DNA of 64,000 nt from Mobula hypostoma (taxonomy: Eukaryota), in the NCBI RefSeq assembly GCF_963921235.1, contig NC_086097.1:137890001-137954000 (forward strand), in the 5' to 3' direction. Made by a program: the position numbers and the translations under genes. The notes beneath the pieces were generated by a model. The model saw only the letters and a list, made by a program, of their open reading frames with translations, was not told the origin of the DNA and did no database searches. This document shows, piece by piece, positions 51,201 through 64,000 of this stretch; position 1 is the stretch's first letter; every line of letters begins with the position of its first letter.

Positions 51201-54200
51201 ACTGCCCTTCCCAGGGTGTGAAATTCCCTCAGTATTTTCCATCCCACAGTGTGACACTCCCTCAGTACTGTCCATCTCACAGTGACACTCCCTCAGTACT
51301 GTCCATCCCACAGTGTGACAGTCCCTCAGGACTGTCCATCCCACAGTGTGACACTCCCTCAGTACTGTCCATCCCATAGTGTGACACTCCCTCAGTACTG
51401 TGCATTCTACAGTCTGACACTCTCTCAGTACTGTCCATTCCACAGTGTGACACTCCCTCAGTACCGTCCATCCCCCAATGTGACACTCCCTCAGTGTTGT
51501 CCATCTCACAGTGCGACACTCCCTCTGTACTGTCCATCCCACAGTGTGACCCTCCGTCAGTACTGTCCATCTCACAGTGTGACTCCCCCTCAGTACTGTC
51601 CATCCCACGGTGTGACAACCCCTCAGTGCTGTCCATCCCACAGTGTGACACTCCCTCAGTACTGTCCATCTCACAGTGTGACACTCCCTCAGTACTGTCC
51701 ATCCCACAGTGTGACACTCCCTCAGTACTGTCCATCCCACAGTGTGACAGTCCCTCAGTACTGTCCACACCACAGTGTGACACTCCCTCAGTACTGTCCA
51801 TTCTACAGTCTGACACTCTCTCAGTACTGTCCATTCCACAGTGTGACACTCCCTCAGTACCGTCCATCCCCCAATGTGACACTCACTCAGTCTTGTCCAT
51901 CTCACAGTGCGACACTCCCTCTGTACTGTCCATCCCACAGAGTGACCCTCCGTCAGTACTGTCCATCTCACAGTGTGACTCCCCCTCAGTACTGTCCATC
52001 CCACAATGTGACACACCCTCAGTACTGCCCTTCCCAGGGTGTGAAATTCCCTCAGTACTGTCCATCCCACAGAGTGACACTCCCTCAGTACAGTCCATCC
52101 CACAGTGTGACACTCCCTCAGTACTGTCCATCTCACAGTGTGACACTCCCTCAGTACTGTCCATCCCACAGTGTGACAGTCCCTCAGTACTGTCCATCCC
52201 ACAGTGTGACACTCCCTCAGTACTGTCCATCCCACAGTGTGACATTCGCTCCGTACCGTCCACACACAGTGCGACACTTGGTCAGTACTGCCCGTCCCAC
52301 ACTGTGACACTCCCACAGTACTGCCCTTCCCAGGGTGTGAAATTCCCTCAGTACTGTCCATCCCACAGAGTGACAGTCCCTCAGTACTGTCCATCTCACA
52401 GTGTGACTCCCCCTCAGTACTGTCCATCCCACAATGTGACACACCCTCAGTACTGCCCTTCCCAGGGTGTGAAATTCCCTCAGTACTGTCCATCCCACAG
52501 AGTGACACTCCCTCAGTACAGTCCATCCCACAGTGTGACACTCCCTCAGTACTGTCCATCTCACAGTGTGACACTCCCTCAGTACTGTCCATCCCACAGT
52601 GTGACAGTCCCTCAGTACTGTCCATCCCACAGTGTGACACTCCCTCAGTACTGTCCATCCCACAGTGTGACATTCGCTCCGTACCGTCCACACACAGTGC
52701 GACACTTGGTCAGTACTGCCCGTCCCACACTGTGACACTCCCACAGTACTGCCCTTCCCAGGGTGTGAAATTCCCTCAGTACTGTCCATCCCACAGAGTG
52801 ACAGTCCCTCAGTACTGTCCATCCCACAGTGTGACACTCCCTCAGTACTGTCCATCTCACAGTGTGACACTCCCTCAGTACTGTCCATCCCACAGTGTGA
52901 CAGTCCCTCAGTACTGTCCATCCCACAGTGTGACACTCCCTTAGTACTGTCCATCACACAGTGTGACACTCCCTCAGTACTGTCCATCCCACAGTGTGAC
53001 AGTCCCTCAGTACCGTCCATCCCACAGTGTGACAGTCCCTCAGTACTGTCCATTCTACAGTCTGACACTCCCTCTGTACTGTCCATCCCACAGTGTGACC
53101 CTCCGTCAGTACTGTCCATCTCACACTTTGACTCCCCCTCAGTACTGTCCATCCCATGGTGTGACACCCCCTCAGTACTGTCCATCCCACAGTGTGACAC
53201 TCCCTCAGGACCGTCCATCCCACAATGTGACACTCCCTCAATACTGTCTATCCCACGGTGTGACACTCCCCAGTACTGCCCGTCCCACACTGTGACACTC
53301 CCTCAGTACTGCCCTTCCCAGGGTGTGAAATTCCCTCAGTATTGTCCATCCCACAGTGTGACACTCCCTCAGTACTGTCCATCTCACAGTGACACTCCCT
53401 CAGTACTGTCCATCCCACAGTGTGACAGTCCCTCAGGACTGTCCATTCCACAGTGTGACACTCCCTCAGTACTGTCCATCCCATAGTGTGACAGTCCCTC
53501 AGTACTGTCCACACCACAGTGTGACACTCCCTCAGTACTGTCCATTCTACATTCTGACACTCGCTCAGTACTGTCCATTCCACAGTGTGACACTCCCTCA
53601 GTACCGTCCATCCCCCAATGTGACACTCCCTCAGTCTTGTCCATCTCACAGTGTGACAATCCCTCAGTATTGTCCATTCTACAGTGTGACACTCTCTCAG
53701 TACTGTCCATTCCACAGTGTGACACTCCCTCAGTACTGCCCTTCCCGCGGTGTGAAATTCCCTCAGTACTGTCCATCCCACAGAGTGACAGTCCCTCAGT
53801 ACTGTCCATCCCACAGTGTGACACTCCCTCAGTACTGTCCATCTCACAGTGTGACACTCCCTCAGTACTGTCCATCCCACAGTGTGACAGTCCCTCAGTA
53901 CTGTCCATCCCACAGTGTGACACTCCCTCAGTACTGTCCATCCCACAGTGTGACAGTCCCTCAGTACTGTCCACACACAGTGTGACACTCCCTCAGTACT
54001 GTCTGTCCCACACTGTGACACTCCCTCAGTACTGCCCTTCCCACGGTGTGAAATTCCCTCAGTGTTGTCCATCCCACAGAGTGACACTCCCTCAGTACCG
54101 TCTATCCCACAGCGTGACACTCCCTCAGTACCGTCCAACCCACAATGTGACACTCCCTCAATACTGTCCATCCCACAGAGTGACACTCCCTGAGTACTGT

Positions 54201-57200
54201 CCATCCCATGGTGTGACACTCCCAAGTACTGTCCATCCCACAGTGTGACACTCCCTCAGTACCGTCCATCCCACAGTGTGACACTCCGTCAGGACCGTCC
54301 ATCCCACAATGTGACACTCCCTCAATACTGTCTATCCCACGGTGTGACACTCCCCAGTACTGCCCGTCCCACACTGTAACACTCCCTCAGTACTGCCCTT
54401 CCCAGGGTGTGAAATTCCCTCAGTACCGTCCATCCCACAGTGTGACACTCCCTCAGTACTGTCCATCCCACAGTGTGATAGTCCCTCAGTACTGTCCATC
54501 CCACAGTGTGACACTCAGTCAGTACTGTCCATCCCACAGTGTGACAGTCCCTCAGTACTGTCCAAACCACACTGTGACACTCCCTCAGTACTGTCCATTC
54601 TACAGTGTGACACTCTCTCAGTACCGTCCATCCCCCAATGTGACACTCCCTCAGTCTTGTCCATCTCACAGTACGACACTCCCTCTGTACTGTCCATCCC
54701 ACAGTGTGACCCTCCGTCAGTACTGTCCATCTCACAGTGTGACTCCCCCTCAGTACTGCCCGCCCCACACTGTGACACTCCCTCAGTACTGCCCTTCCCA
54801 GGATGTGAAATTCCCTCAGTACTGTCCATCCCACAGAGTGACACTCCCTCAGTACTGTCCATCTCACAGTGTGACACTCCCTCAGTACTGTCCATCCCAC
54901 AGTGTGACACTCCCTCAGTACTGTCCATCCCACAGTGTGACAGTCCCTCAGTACCGTCCATCCCCCAATGTGACACTCACTCAGTCTTGTCCATCTCACA
55001 GTGCGACACTCTCTCTGTACTGTCCATCCCACAGTGTGACCCTCCGTCAGTACTGTCCATCTCACAGTGTGACACTCCCTCAGTACTGTCCATCCCACAG
55101 TGTGACAGTCCCTCTGTACTGTCCACACCACAGTGTGACCCTCCGTCAGTACTGTCCATCTCACAGTTTGACTCCCCCTCAGTACTGTTCATCCCATGGT
55201 GTGACACCCCCTCAGTACTGTCCATCCCACAGTGTGACATTCGCTCCGTACCGTCCACACACAGTGCGACACTTGGTCAGTACTGCCCGTCCCACACTGT
55301 GACACTCCCTCAGTACTGCCCTTCCCAGGGTGTGAAATTCCCTCAGTACTGTCCATCCCACAGAGTGACAGTCCCTCAGTACTGTCCATCCCACAGTGTG
55401 ACACTCCCTCAGTACTGTCCATCTCACAGTGTGACACTCCCTCAGTACTGTCCATCCCACAGTGTGACAGTCCCTCAGTACTGTTCAACCCACAGTGTGA
55501 CACTCCCTCAGTACTGTCCATCACACAGTGTGACACTCCCTCAGTACTGTCCATCCCACAGTGTGACAGTCCCTCAGTACTGTCCACACCACAGTGTGAC
55601 ACTCCCTCAGTACCGTCCATCCCACAGTGTGACCCTCCGTCAGTACTGTCCATCTCACACTTTGACTCCCCCTCAGTACTGTCCATCCCATGGTGTGACA
55701 CCCCCTCAGTACTGTCCATCCCACAGTGTGACATTCCCTCCGTACCGTCCACACACAGTGCGTCACTTGGTCAGTACTGCCCGTCCCACACTGGAACACT
55801 CCCTCAGTACTGCCCTTCCCAGGGTGTGAAATTCCCTCAGTACTGTCCATCCCACAGTGTGACACTCCCTCAGTACTGTCCATCTGACAGTGACACTCCC
55901 TCAGTACTGTCCATCCCACAGTGTGACAGTCCCTCAGTACTGTCCATCCCACAGTGTGACACTCCCTCAGTACTGTCCATCCCATAGTGTGACAGTCCCT
56001 CAGTACTGTCCACACCACAGTGTGACACTCCCTCAGTACTGTCCATCCTACAGTCTGACACTCCATCAGTACTGTCCATTCTACAGTGTGACACGCCCTC
56101 AGTACCGTCCATCACCCAATGTGACACTCCCTCAGTCTTGTCCATCTCACAGTGTGACAATCCCTCAGTACTGTCCATTCCACAGTGTGACACTCCCTCA
56201 GTTCCGTCCATCCCCCAATGTGACACTCCCTCAGTCTTGTCTATCCCACGGTGTGACACTCCCCAGTACTGCCCGTCCCACACTGTGACACTCCCTCAGT
56301 ACTGCCCTTCCCAGGGTGTGAAATTCCCTCAGTATTGTCCATCCCACAGTGTGACACTCCCTCAGTACTGTCCATCTCACAGTGACACTCCCTCAGTACT
56401 GTCCATCCCACAGTGTGACAGTCCCTCAGCACTGTCCATCCCACAGTGTGACACTCCCTCAGTACTGTCCATCCCATAGTGTGACAGTCCCTCAGTACTG
56501 TCCATCCCACAGTGTGACACTCCCTCAGTACTGTCCATCTCACAGTGTGACAGTCCCTCAGTACTGTCCACCCCACAGTGTGACACTCCCTCAGTACTGT
56601 GCATTCTACAGTCTGACACTCTCTCAGTACTGTCCATTCCACAGTGTGACACTCCCTCAGTACCGTCTATCCCCCAATGTGACACTCCCTCAGTCTTGTC
56701 CATCTCACAGTGCGACACTCTCTCTGTACTGTCCATCCCACAGTGTGACACTCCGTCAGTACTGTCCATCTCACAGTGTGACTCCCCCTCAGTACTGTCC
56801 ATCCCACAGTGTGACACTCCCTCAGTACTGCCCTTCCCAGGGTGTGAAATTCCCTCAGTACTGTCCATCCCACAGAGTGACACTCCCTCAGTACAGTCCA
56901 TCCCACAGTGTGACACTCCCTCAGTGCTGTCCATCTCACAGTGTGACACTCCCTCAGTACTGTCCATCCCACAGTGTGACAGTCCCTCAGTACTGTCCAT
57001 CCCACAGTGTGACACTCCCTCAGTACTGTCCATCACACAGTGTGACAGTCCCTCAGTGCTGTCCACACCAGAGTGAGACACTCCCTCAGTACTGTCCATT
57101 CTACAGTCTGACACTCCCTCTGTACTGTCCATCCCACAGTGTGACCCTACGTCAGTACTGTCCATCTCACAGTGTGACTCCCCCTCAGTACCGTCCATCC

Positions 57201-60200
57201 CATGGTGTGACACCCCCTCAGTACTATCCATCCCACAGTGTGACATTCCCTCCGTACTGTCCACACACAGTGCGACACTTGCACAGTACTGCCCTTCCCA
57301 CAGTGTGACACTCCCTGAGTACTGTCCATCCCACAGTGTGACACTCCCCCAGTACTGTCCATCCCACAGTGTGACACTCCCTCAGTACTGTCCATCTCAC
57401 GGAGTGACGCTCACTCAGTACCGTCCATCCCACAGTGTGATACTCCCTCAGTACTGCCCGTCCCATACTGTGACACTCCCTCAGTACTGTCCATCCCACA
57501 GTGTGACACTCCTTGAGTACCGTCCATCCCATAGTTTGACACTCCCTCAGTACTGTCCATCCCACAGTGTGACACTCCCTCAGTACCGTCCATCCCAGAA
57601 TGTGACACTCCCTCAGTACTGTCCATCCCACAGAGTGACGCTCCCTCAGTACCGTCCATCCCACAGTATGACACTCCCTCAGTACCGTCCATCCCAGAAT
57701 GTGACAGTTCCTCAGTCTTGTCCATCTCACAGTGCGACACTCCCTCAGTACTGTCCATCCCACAGTGTAACACTCTGTCAGTACTGTCCATCCCGCAGTG
57801 TGACACTCCCTCAGTACTGTCCATCCCACAGAGTGACGCTCCCTCAGTACCGTCCATCCCACAGTCTGACACTCCCTCAGTACCGTCCATCCCAGAATGT
57901 GACACTTCCTCAGTCTTGTCCATCTCACAGTGCGACACTCCCTCAGTACTGTCCATCCCACAGTGTGACCCTTCGTCAGTACTGTCCATCTCACAGTGTG
58001 ACTCCCCCTCAGTACTGTCCATCCCATGGTGTGACACCCCCTCAGTACTGTCCATCCCACAGTGTGACATTCCCTCCGTACCGTCCACACACAGTGCGTC
58101 ACTTGGTCAGTACTGCCCGTCCCAGACTGGGACACTCCCTCAGTACTGCCCTTCCCAGGGTGTGAAATTCCCTCAGTACTGTCCATCCCACAGTGTGACA
58201 CTCCCTCAGTACTGTCCATCTCACAGTGACACTCCCTCAGTACTGTCCATCCCACAGTGTGACAGTCCCTCAGCACTGTCCATCCCACAGTGTGACACTC
58301 CCTCAGTACTGTCCATCCCATAGTGTGACAGTCCCTCAGTACTGTCCATCCCACAGTGTGACACTCCCTCAGTACTGTCCATCTCACAGTGTGACAGTCC
58401 CTCAGTACTGTCCACCCCACAGTGTGACACTCCATCAGTACTGTCCATTCTACAGTGTGACACGCCCTCAGTACCGTCCATCCCCCAATGTGACACTCCC
58501 TCAGTCTTGTCCATCTCACAGTGTGACAATCTCTCAGTACTGTCCATTCCACAGTGTGACACTCCCTCAGTACCGTCCATCCCCCAATGTGACACTCCCT
58601 CAGTCTTGTCTATCCCACGGTGTGACACTCCCCAGTACTGCCCGTCCCACACTGTGACACTCCCTCAGTACTGCCCTTCCCAGGGTGTGAAATTCCCTCA
58701 GTATTTTCCATCCCACAGTGTGACACTCCCTCAGTACTGTCCATCTCACAGTGACACTCCCTCAGTACTGTCCATCCCACAGTGTGACAGTCCCTCAGGA
58801 CTGTCCATCCCACAGTGTGACACTCCCTCAGTACTGTCCATCCCATAGTGTGACACTCCCTCAGTACTGTGCATTCTACAGTCTGACACTCTCTCAGTAC
58901 TGTCCATTCCACAGTGTGACACTCCCTCAGTACCGTCCATCCCCCAATGTGACACTCCCTCAGTCTTGTCCATCTCACAGTGCGACACTCCCTCTGTACT
59001 GTCCATCCCACAGTGTGACACTCCGTCAGTACTGTCCATCTCACAGTGTGACTCCCCCTCAGTACTGTCCATCCCACAGTGTGACACTCCCTCAGTACTG
59101 CCCTTCCCAGTGTGTGAAATTCCCTCAGTACTGTCCATCCCACAGAGTGACACTCCCTCAGTACAGTCCATCACACAGTGTGACACTCCCTCAGTGCTGT
59201 CCATCTCACAGTGTGACACTCCCTCAGTACTGTCCATCCCACAGTGTGACAGTCCCTCAGTACTGTCCATCCCACAGTGTGACACTCCCTCAGTACTGTC
59301 CATCCCACAGTGTGACAGTCCCTCAGTGCTGTCCACACCACAGTGTGACACTCCCTCAGTACTGTCCATTCTACAGTCTGACACTCCCTCTGTACTGTCC
59401 ATCCCACAGTGTGACCCTCCGTCAGTACTGTCCATCTCACAGTGTGACTCCCCCTCAGTACCGTCCATCCCATGGTGTGACACCCCCTCAGTACTATCCA
59501 TCCCACAGTGTGACATTCCCTCCGTACTGTCCACACACAGTGCGACACTTGCACAGTACTGCCCTTCCCACAGTGTGACACTCCCTGAGTACTGTCCATC
59601 CCACAGTGTGACACTCCCTCAGTCCTGTCCATCCGACAGTGTGACACTCCCTCAGTACTGTCCATCTCACGGAGTGACGCTCACTAAGTACCGTCCATCC
59701 CACAGTGTGATACTCCCTCAGTACTGCCCGTCCCATACTGTGACACTCCCTCAGTACTGTCCATCCCACAGTGTGACACTCCTTGAGTACCGTCCATCCC
59801 ATAGTTTGACACTGCCTCAGTACTGTCCATCCCACAGAGTGACACTCCCTCAGTACCGTCCATCCCAGAATGTGACACTCCCTCAGTACTGTCCATCCCA
59901 CAGAGTGACGCTCCCTCAGTACCGTCCATCCCAGAATGTGACAGTTCCTCAGTCATGTCCATCTCACAGTGCGACACTCCCTCAGTACTGTCCATCCCAC
60001 AGTGTAACACTCTGTCAGTACTGTCCATCCCGCAGTGTGACACTCCCTCAGTACTGTCCATCCCAGAATGTGACACTTCCTCAGTCTTGTCCATCTCACA
60101 GTGCGACACTCCCTCAGTACCGTCCATCCCACAGTGTGACACTCCCTCAGTACCGTCCATCCCAGAATGTGACACTTCCTCAGTCTTGTCCATCTCACAG

Positions 60201-63200
60201 TGAGACACTCCCTCAGTACTGTCCATCCCACAGTGTGACACTCCCTCAGTACAGTCCATCCCACAGTGTGACACTCCCTCAGTACTGTCCATCCCACAGT
60301 GTGACACTCCCTCAGTACTGTCCATCCCACAGTGTGACACTCCCTCAGTACTGTCCATCTCACGGAGTGACGCTCACTCAGTACCGTCCATCCCACAGTG
60401 TGATACTCCCTCAGTACTGCCCGTCCCATACTGTGACACTCCCTCAGTACTGTCCATCCCACAGTGTGACACTCCCTGAGTACCTTCCATCCCATAGTTT
60501 GACACTCCCTCAGTACTGTCCATCCCACAGTGTGACACTCCCTCAGTACCGTCCATCCCAGAATGTGACACTCCCTCAGTACTGTCCATCCCACAGAGTG
60601 ACGCTCCCTCAGTTCCGTCCATCCCACAGTGTGACACTCCCTCAGTACCGTCCATCCCAGAATGTGACACTTCCTCAGTCTTGTCCATCTCACAGTGCGA
60701 CACTCCCTCAGTACTGTCCATACCACAGTGTAACACTCTGTCAGTACTGTCCATCCCGCAGTGTGACACTCCCTCAGTACTGTCCATCCCACAGAGTGAC
60801 GCTCCCTCAGTACCGTCCATCCCACAGTGTGACACTCCCTCAGTACCGTCCATCCCAGAATGTGACACTTCCTCAGTACTGTCCATCTCACAATGTGACA
60901 CTCCCTCAATACTCTCCATCCCACAGAGTGACACTCCCTGAGTAATTTCCATCCCACAGTGTGACACCCCCTCAGTACTGTCCATCCCACGGTGTGACAC
61001 TCCCCAGTACTGTCCATCCCACAGTGCGACACTCCCTCTGTACTGTCCATCCCACAGTGTGACCCTTCGTCAGTACTGTCCATCTCACAGTGTGACTCTC
61101 CCTCAGTACTGTCCATCCCACGGTGTGACACCCCCTCAGTACTGTCCATCCCACAGTGTGACACTCCCTCAGTACTGTCCATCTCACAGTGTGACACTCC
61201 CTCAGTACTGTCCATCCCACAGTGTGACAGTCCCTCAGTACTGTCCATCCCACAGTGTGACACTCCCTCAGTACTGTCCATCTCACAGTGTGACACTCCC
61301 TCAGTACTGTCCATCCCAGAGTGTGACACTCCCTCAGTACTGTCCATCCCACAGTGTGACAGTCCCTCAGTACTGTCCATCCCACAGTGTGACACTCCCT
61401 CAGTACTGTCCATCTCAGAGTGTGACACTCCCTCAGTACTGTCCATCCCACAGTCTGACATTCCCTCAGTACTGTCCATTCTACAGTCTGACACTCTCTC
61501 CGTACTGTCCATTCCACAGTGTGACACTCCCTTAGTACCGTCTATCCCCCAATGTGACACTCCCTCAGTCTTGTCCATCTCACAGTGCGACACTCCCTCT
61601 GTACTGTCCATCCCACAGTGTGACCCTCCGTCAGTACTGTCCATCTCACAGTGTGACTCCCCCTCAGTACTGTCCATCCCATGGTGTGACACCCCTTCAG
61701 TACTGTCCATCCCACAGTGTGACATTCCCTCAGTGCTGTCCATCCCACAGTGTGACACTCCCTCCGTACTGTCCACACACAGTGTGACACTCCCTCAGTA
61801 CTGTCTGTCCCACACTGTGACACTCCCTCAGTACTGCCTTTCCCGCGGTGTAAAATCCCCTCAGTTCTGTCCATCCCACAGAGTGACACTCCCTCAGTAC
61901 TGTCCATCCCACAGTGTGACACTCCCTCAGTACCGTCCATCCCACAATGTGACACTCCCTCAATACTGTCCATCCCACAGAGTGACACTCCCTGAGTAAT
62001 TTCCATCCCACAGTGTGACACCCCCTCAGTACTGTCCATCCCACGGTGTGACACTCCCCAGTACTGTCCATCCCACAGTGCGACACTCATCTGTACTGTC
62101 CATCCCACAGTGTGACCCTTCGTCAGTTCTGTCCATCTCAGAGTGTGACTCTCCCTCAGTACTGTCCATCCCACGGTGTGACACCCCCTCAGTACTGTCC
62201 ATCCCACAGTGTGACACTGCCTCAGTACTGTCCATCTCACAGTGTGACACTCCCTCAGTACTGTCCATCCCACAGTGTGACACTCCCTCAGTACTGTCCA
62301 TCCCACAGTGTGACACTCCCTCAGTACTGTCCATCCCACAGTGTGACACTCCCTCAGTACTGTCCATCCCACAGTGTGACACTCCCTCAGTACTATCCAA
62401 CCTGCAGAGTGACATTCCCTCCGTACTGTCCACACACACTGTGACACTCCCTCAGTACTGCCTTTCCCAGGGTGTGAAATTCCCTAAGTACTGTCCATCC
62501 CACACTGTGACACTCCCTCAGTACTGTCCATCCCACAGTGCGACACTCATCTGTACTGTCCATCCCACAGTGTGACCCTTCGTCAGTTCTGTCCATCTCA
62601 GAGTGTGACTCTCCCTCAGTACTGTCCATCCCACGGTGTGACACCCCCTCAGTACTGTCCATCCCACAGTGTGACACTGCCTCAGTACTGTCCATCCTCA
62701 CAGTGTGACACTCCCTCAGTACTGTCCATCCCACAGTGTGACACTCCCTCAGTACTGTCCATCCCACAGTGTGACACTCCCTCAGTACTGTCCATCTCAC
62801 AGTGTGACACTCCCTCAGTACTGTCCATCCCACAGTGTGACACTCCCTCAGTACTATCCAACCTGCAGAGTGACATTCCCTCCGTACTGTCCACACACAC
62901 TGTGACACTCCCTCAGTACTGCCTTTCCCAGGGTGTGAAATTCCCTAAGTACTGTCCATCCCACAGTGTGGCAGTCCCTCAGTACTGTCCATCCCACAGT
63001 GTGACACTCCCTCAGTACTGTCCATCTCACAGTGCGACACTCCCTCAGTACTGTCCTTCCCACAGTGTGACAGTCCCTCGGTGCTGTCCATCCCACAGTG
63101 TGACATTCCCTCCATACTGTCCACACACAGTGCGACACGTGGTCAGTACTGCCCGTCCCACACTGTGACCCTGCCTCAGTACTACCCTTCCCAGGGTGTG

Positions 63201-64000
63201 AAATTCCCTCAGTCCTGTCCATCCCACAGAGTGACACTCCCTCAGTACCGTCCATCCCACAGTGTGACATTCCCTCAGTACCGTCCATCCCACAATGTGA
63301 CACTCCCTCAATACTGTCCATCCCACAGAGTGACACTGCCTGAGTACTGTCCATCCCACGGTTTGACAACCCCTCAGTACTGTCCATCCCGCGGTGTGAC
63401 ACTCCCCAGTACTGCCCGTCCCACACTGTGACACTCCGTCAGTACTGCCCTTCCCAGGGTGTGCAATTCGCTCAGTACTGTCCATCCCACAGAGTGACAG
63501 TCCCTCAGTACCGTCCATCCGACAGTGTGACACTCCCTCAGTACTGTCCATCCCACAGTGTGACAGTCCCTCAGTACTGTCCACACCACAGTGTGACACT
63601 CCGTCAGTACTGTCCATTCTACAGTCTGACACTCTCTCAGTACTGTCCATTCCACAGTGTGACACTCCCCCAGTACCGTGCATCCCCCAATGTGACACTC
63701 CCTCAGTCTTGTCCATCTCACAGTGTGACTCCCCCTCAGTACTGTCCATCCCACGGTGTGACACCCCCTCAGTACTGTCCATCCTATGGTGTGACACTCC
63801 CTCCATACTGTCCACACACAGTGTGACACACCCTCCATACTGTCCACACACAGTGTGACACTCCCTCAGTACTGTCCATCCCACAGTGTGACACTCCTTG
63901 AGTACCTTCCATCCCATAGTTTGACACTCCCTCAGTACTGTCCTTCCCACAGTGTGACACTCCCTCAGTACTGTCCATCTCATGGAGTTACGCTCCCTCA
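42196..64000. repeat. 33-bp tandem satellite, consensus CAGTACTGTCCATCCCACAGTGTGACACTCCCT, about 660 monomers, running off the window
   Basis: Direct inspection; 11-aa periodic ORFs; occasional 31-, 32- and 34-bp variants. Confidence 0.99.

Noticed and set aside
42246..63983. Long 11-aa-periodic ORFs of up to 659 aa (QYCPSHSVTLP, MDSTEGVSHCG and others)
   Set aside because: They are a by-product of a 33-bp unit that is open in several frames on both strands; 31- and 32-bp monomers shift frames freely, so there is no sign of coding constraint.
42196..64000. CRISPR-like array
   Set aside because: The monomers are head-to-tail with no unique spacers and no cas genes, in a vertebrate context.
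42214..64000. Immunoglobulin or TCR locus inferred from RSS heptamers
   Set aside because: No nonamers and no V, D or J coding segments.

Overview
Repeat-dense vertebrate DNA with no host coding exon I can support. The repeat set (HE1-type V-SINEs, DeuSINE-like elements, CR1 with esterase ORF1, Rex1/Babar) suggests a cartilaginous fish, probably a ray (inference). Bases 1-42200 are a mosaic of nested, mostly decayed elements: CR1 and Rex1-like LINEs, three SINE types, hAT and Tc1 derivatives, microsatellites, and at least seven Penelope-type pseudo-LTR insertions. Several of those insertions are fold-back, carry minimal hammerhead-ribozyme motifs, and have 10-16 bp target-site duplications (TSDs). 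From about 42200 to the window end there is a 33-bp satellite (about 660 monomers) that appears to grow directly out of a DeuSINE-like element. It has hierarchical higher-order repeats, including a near-identical 7436-bp duplication, and an RSS-heptamer sequence (CACAGTG) in its consensus monomer. Family names come from recalled consensus motifs, not database searches, and boundaries of old elements are approximate.
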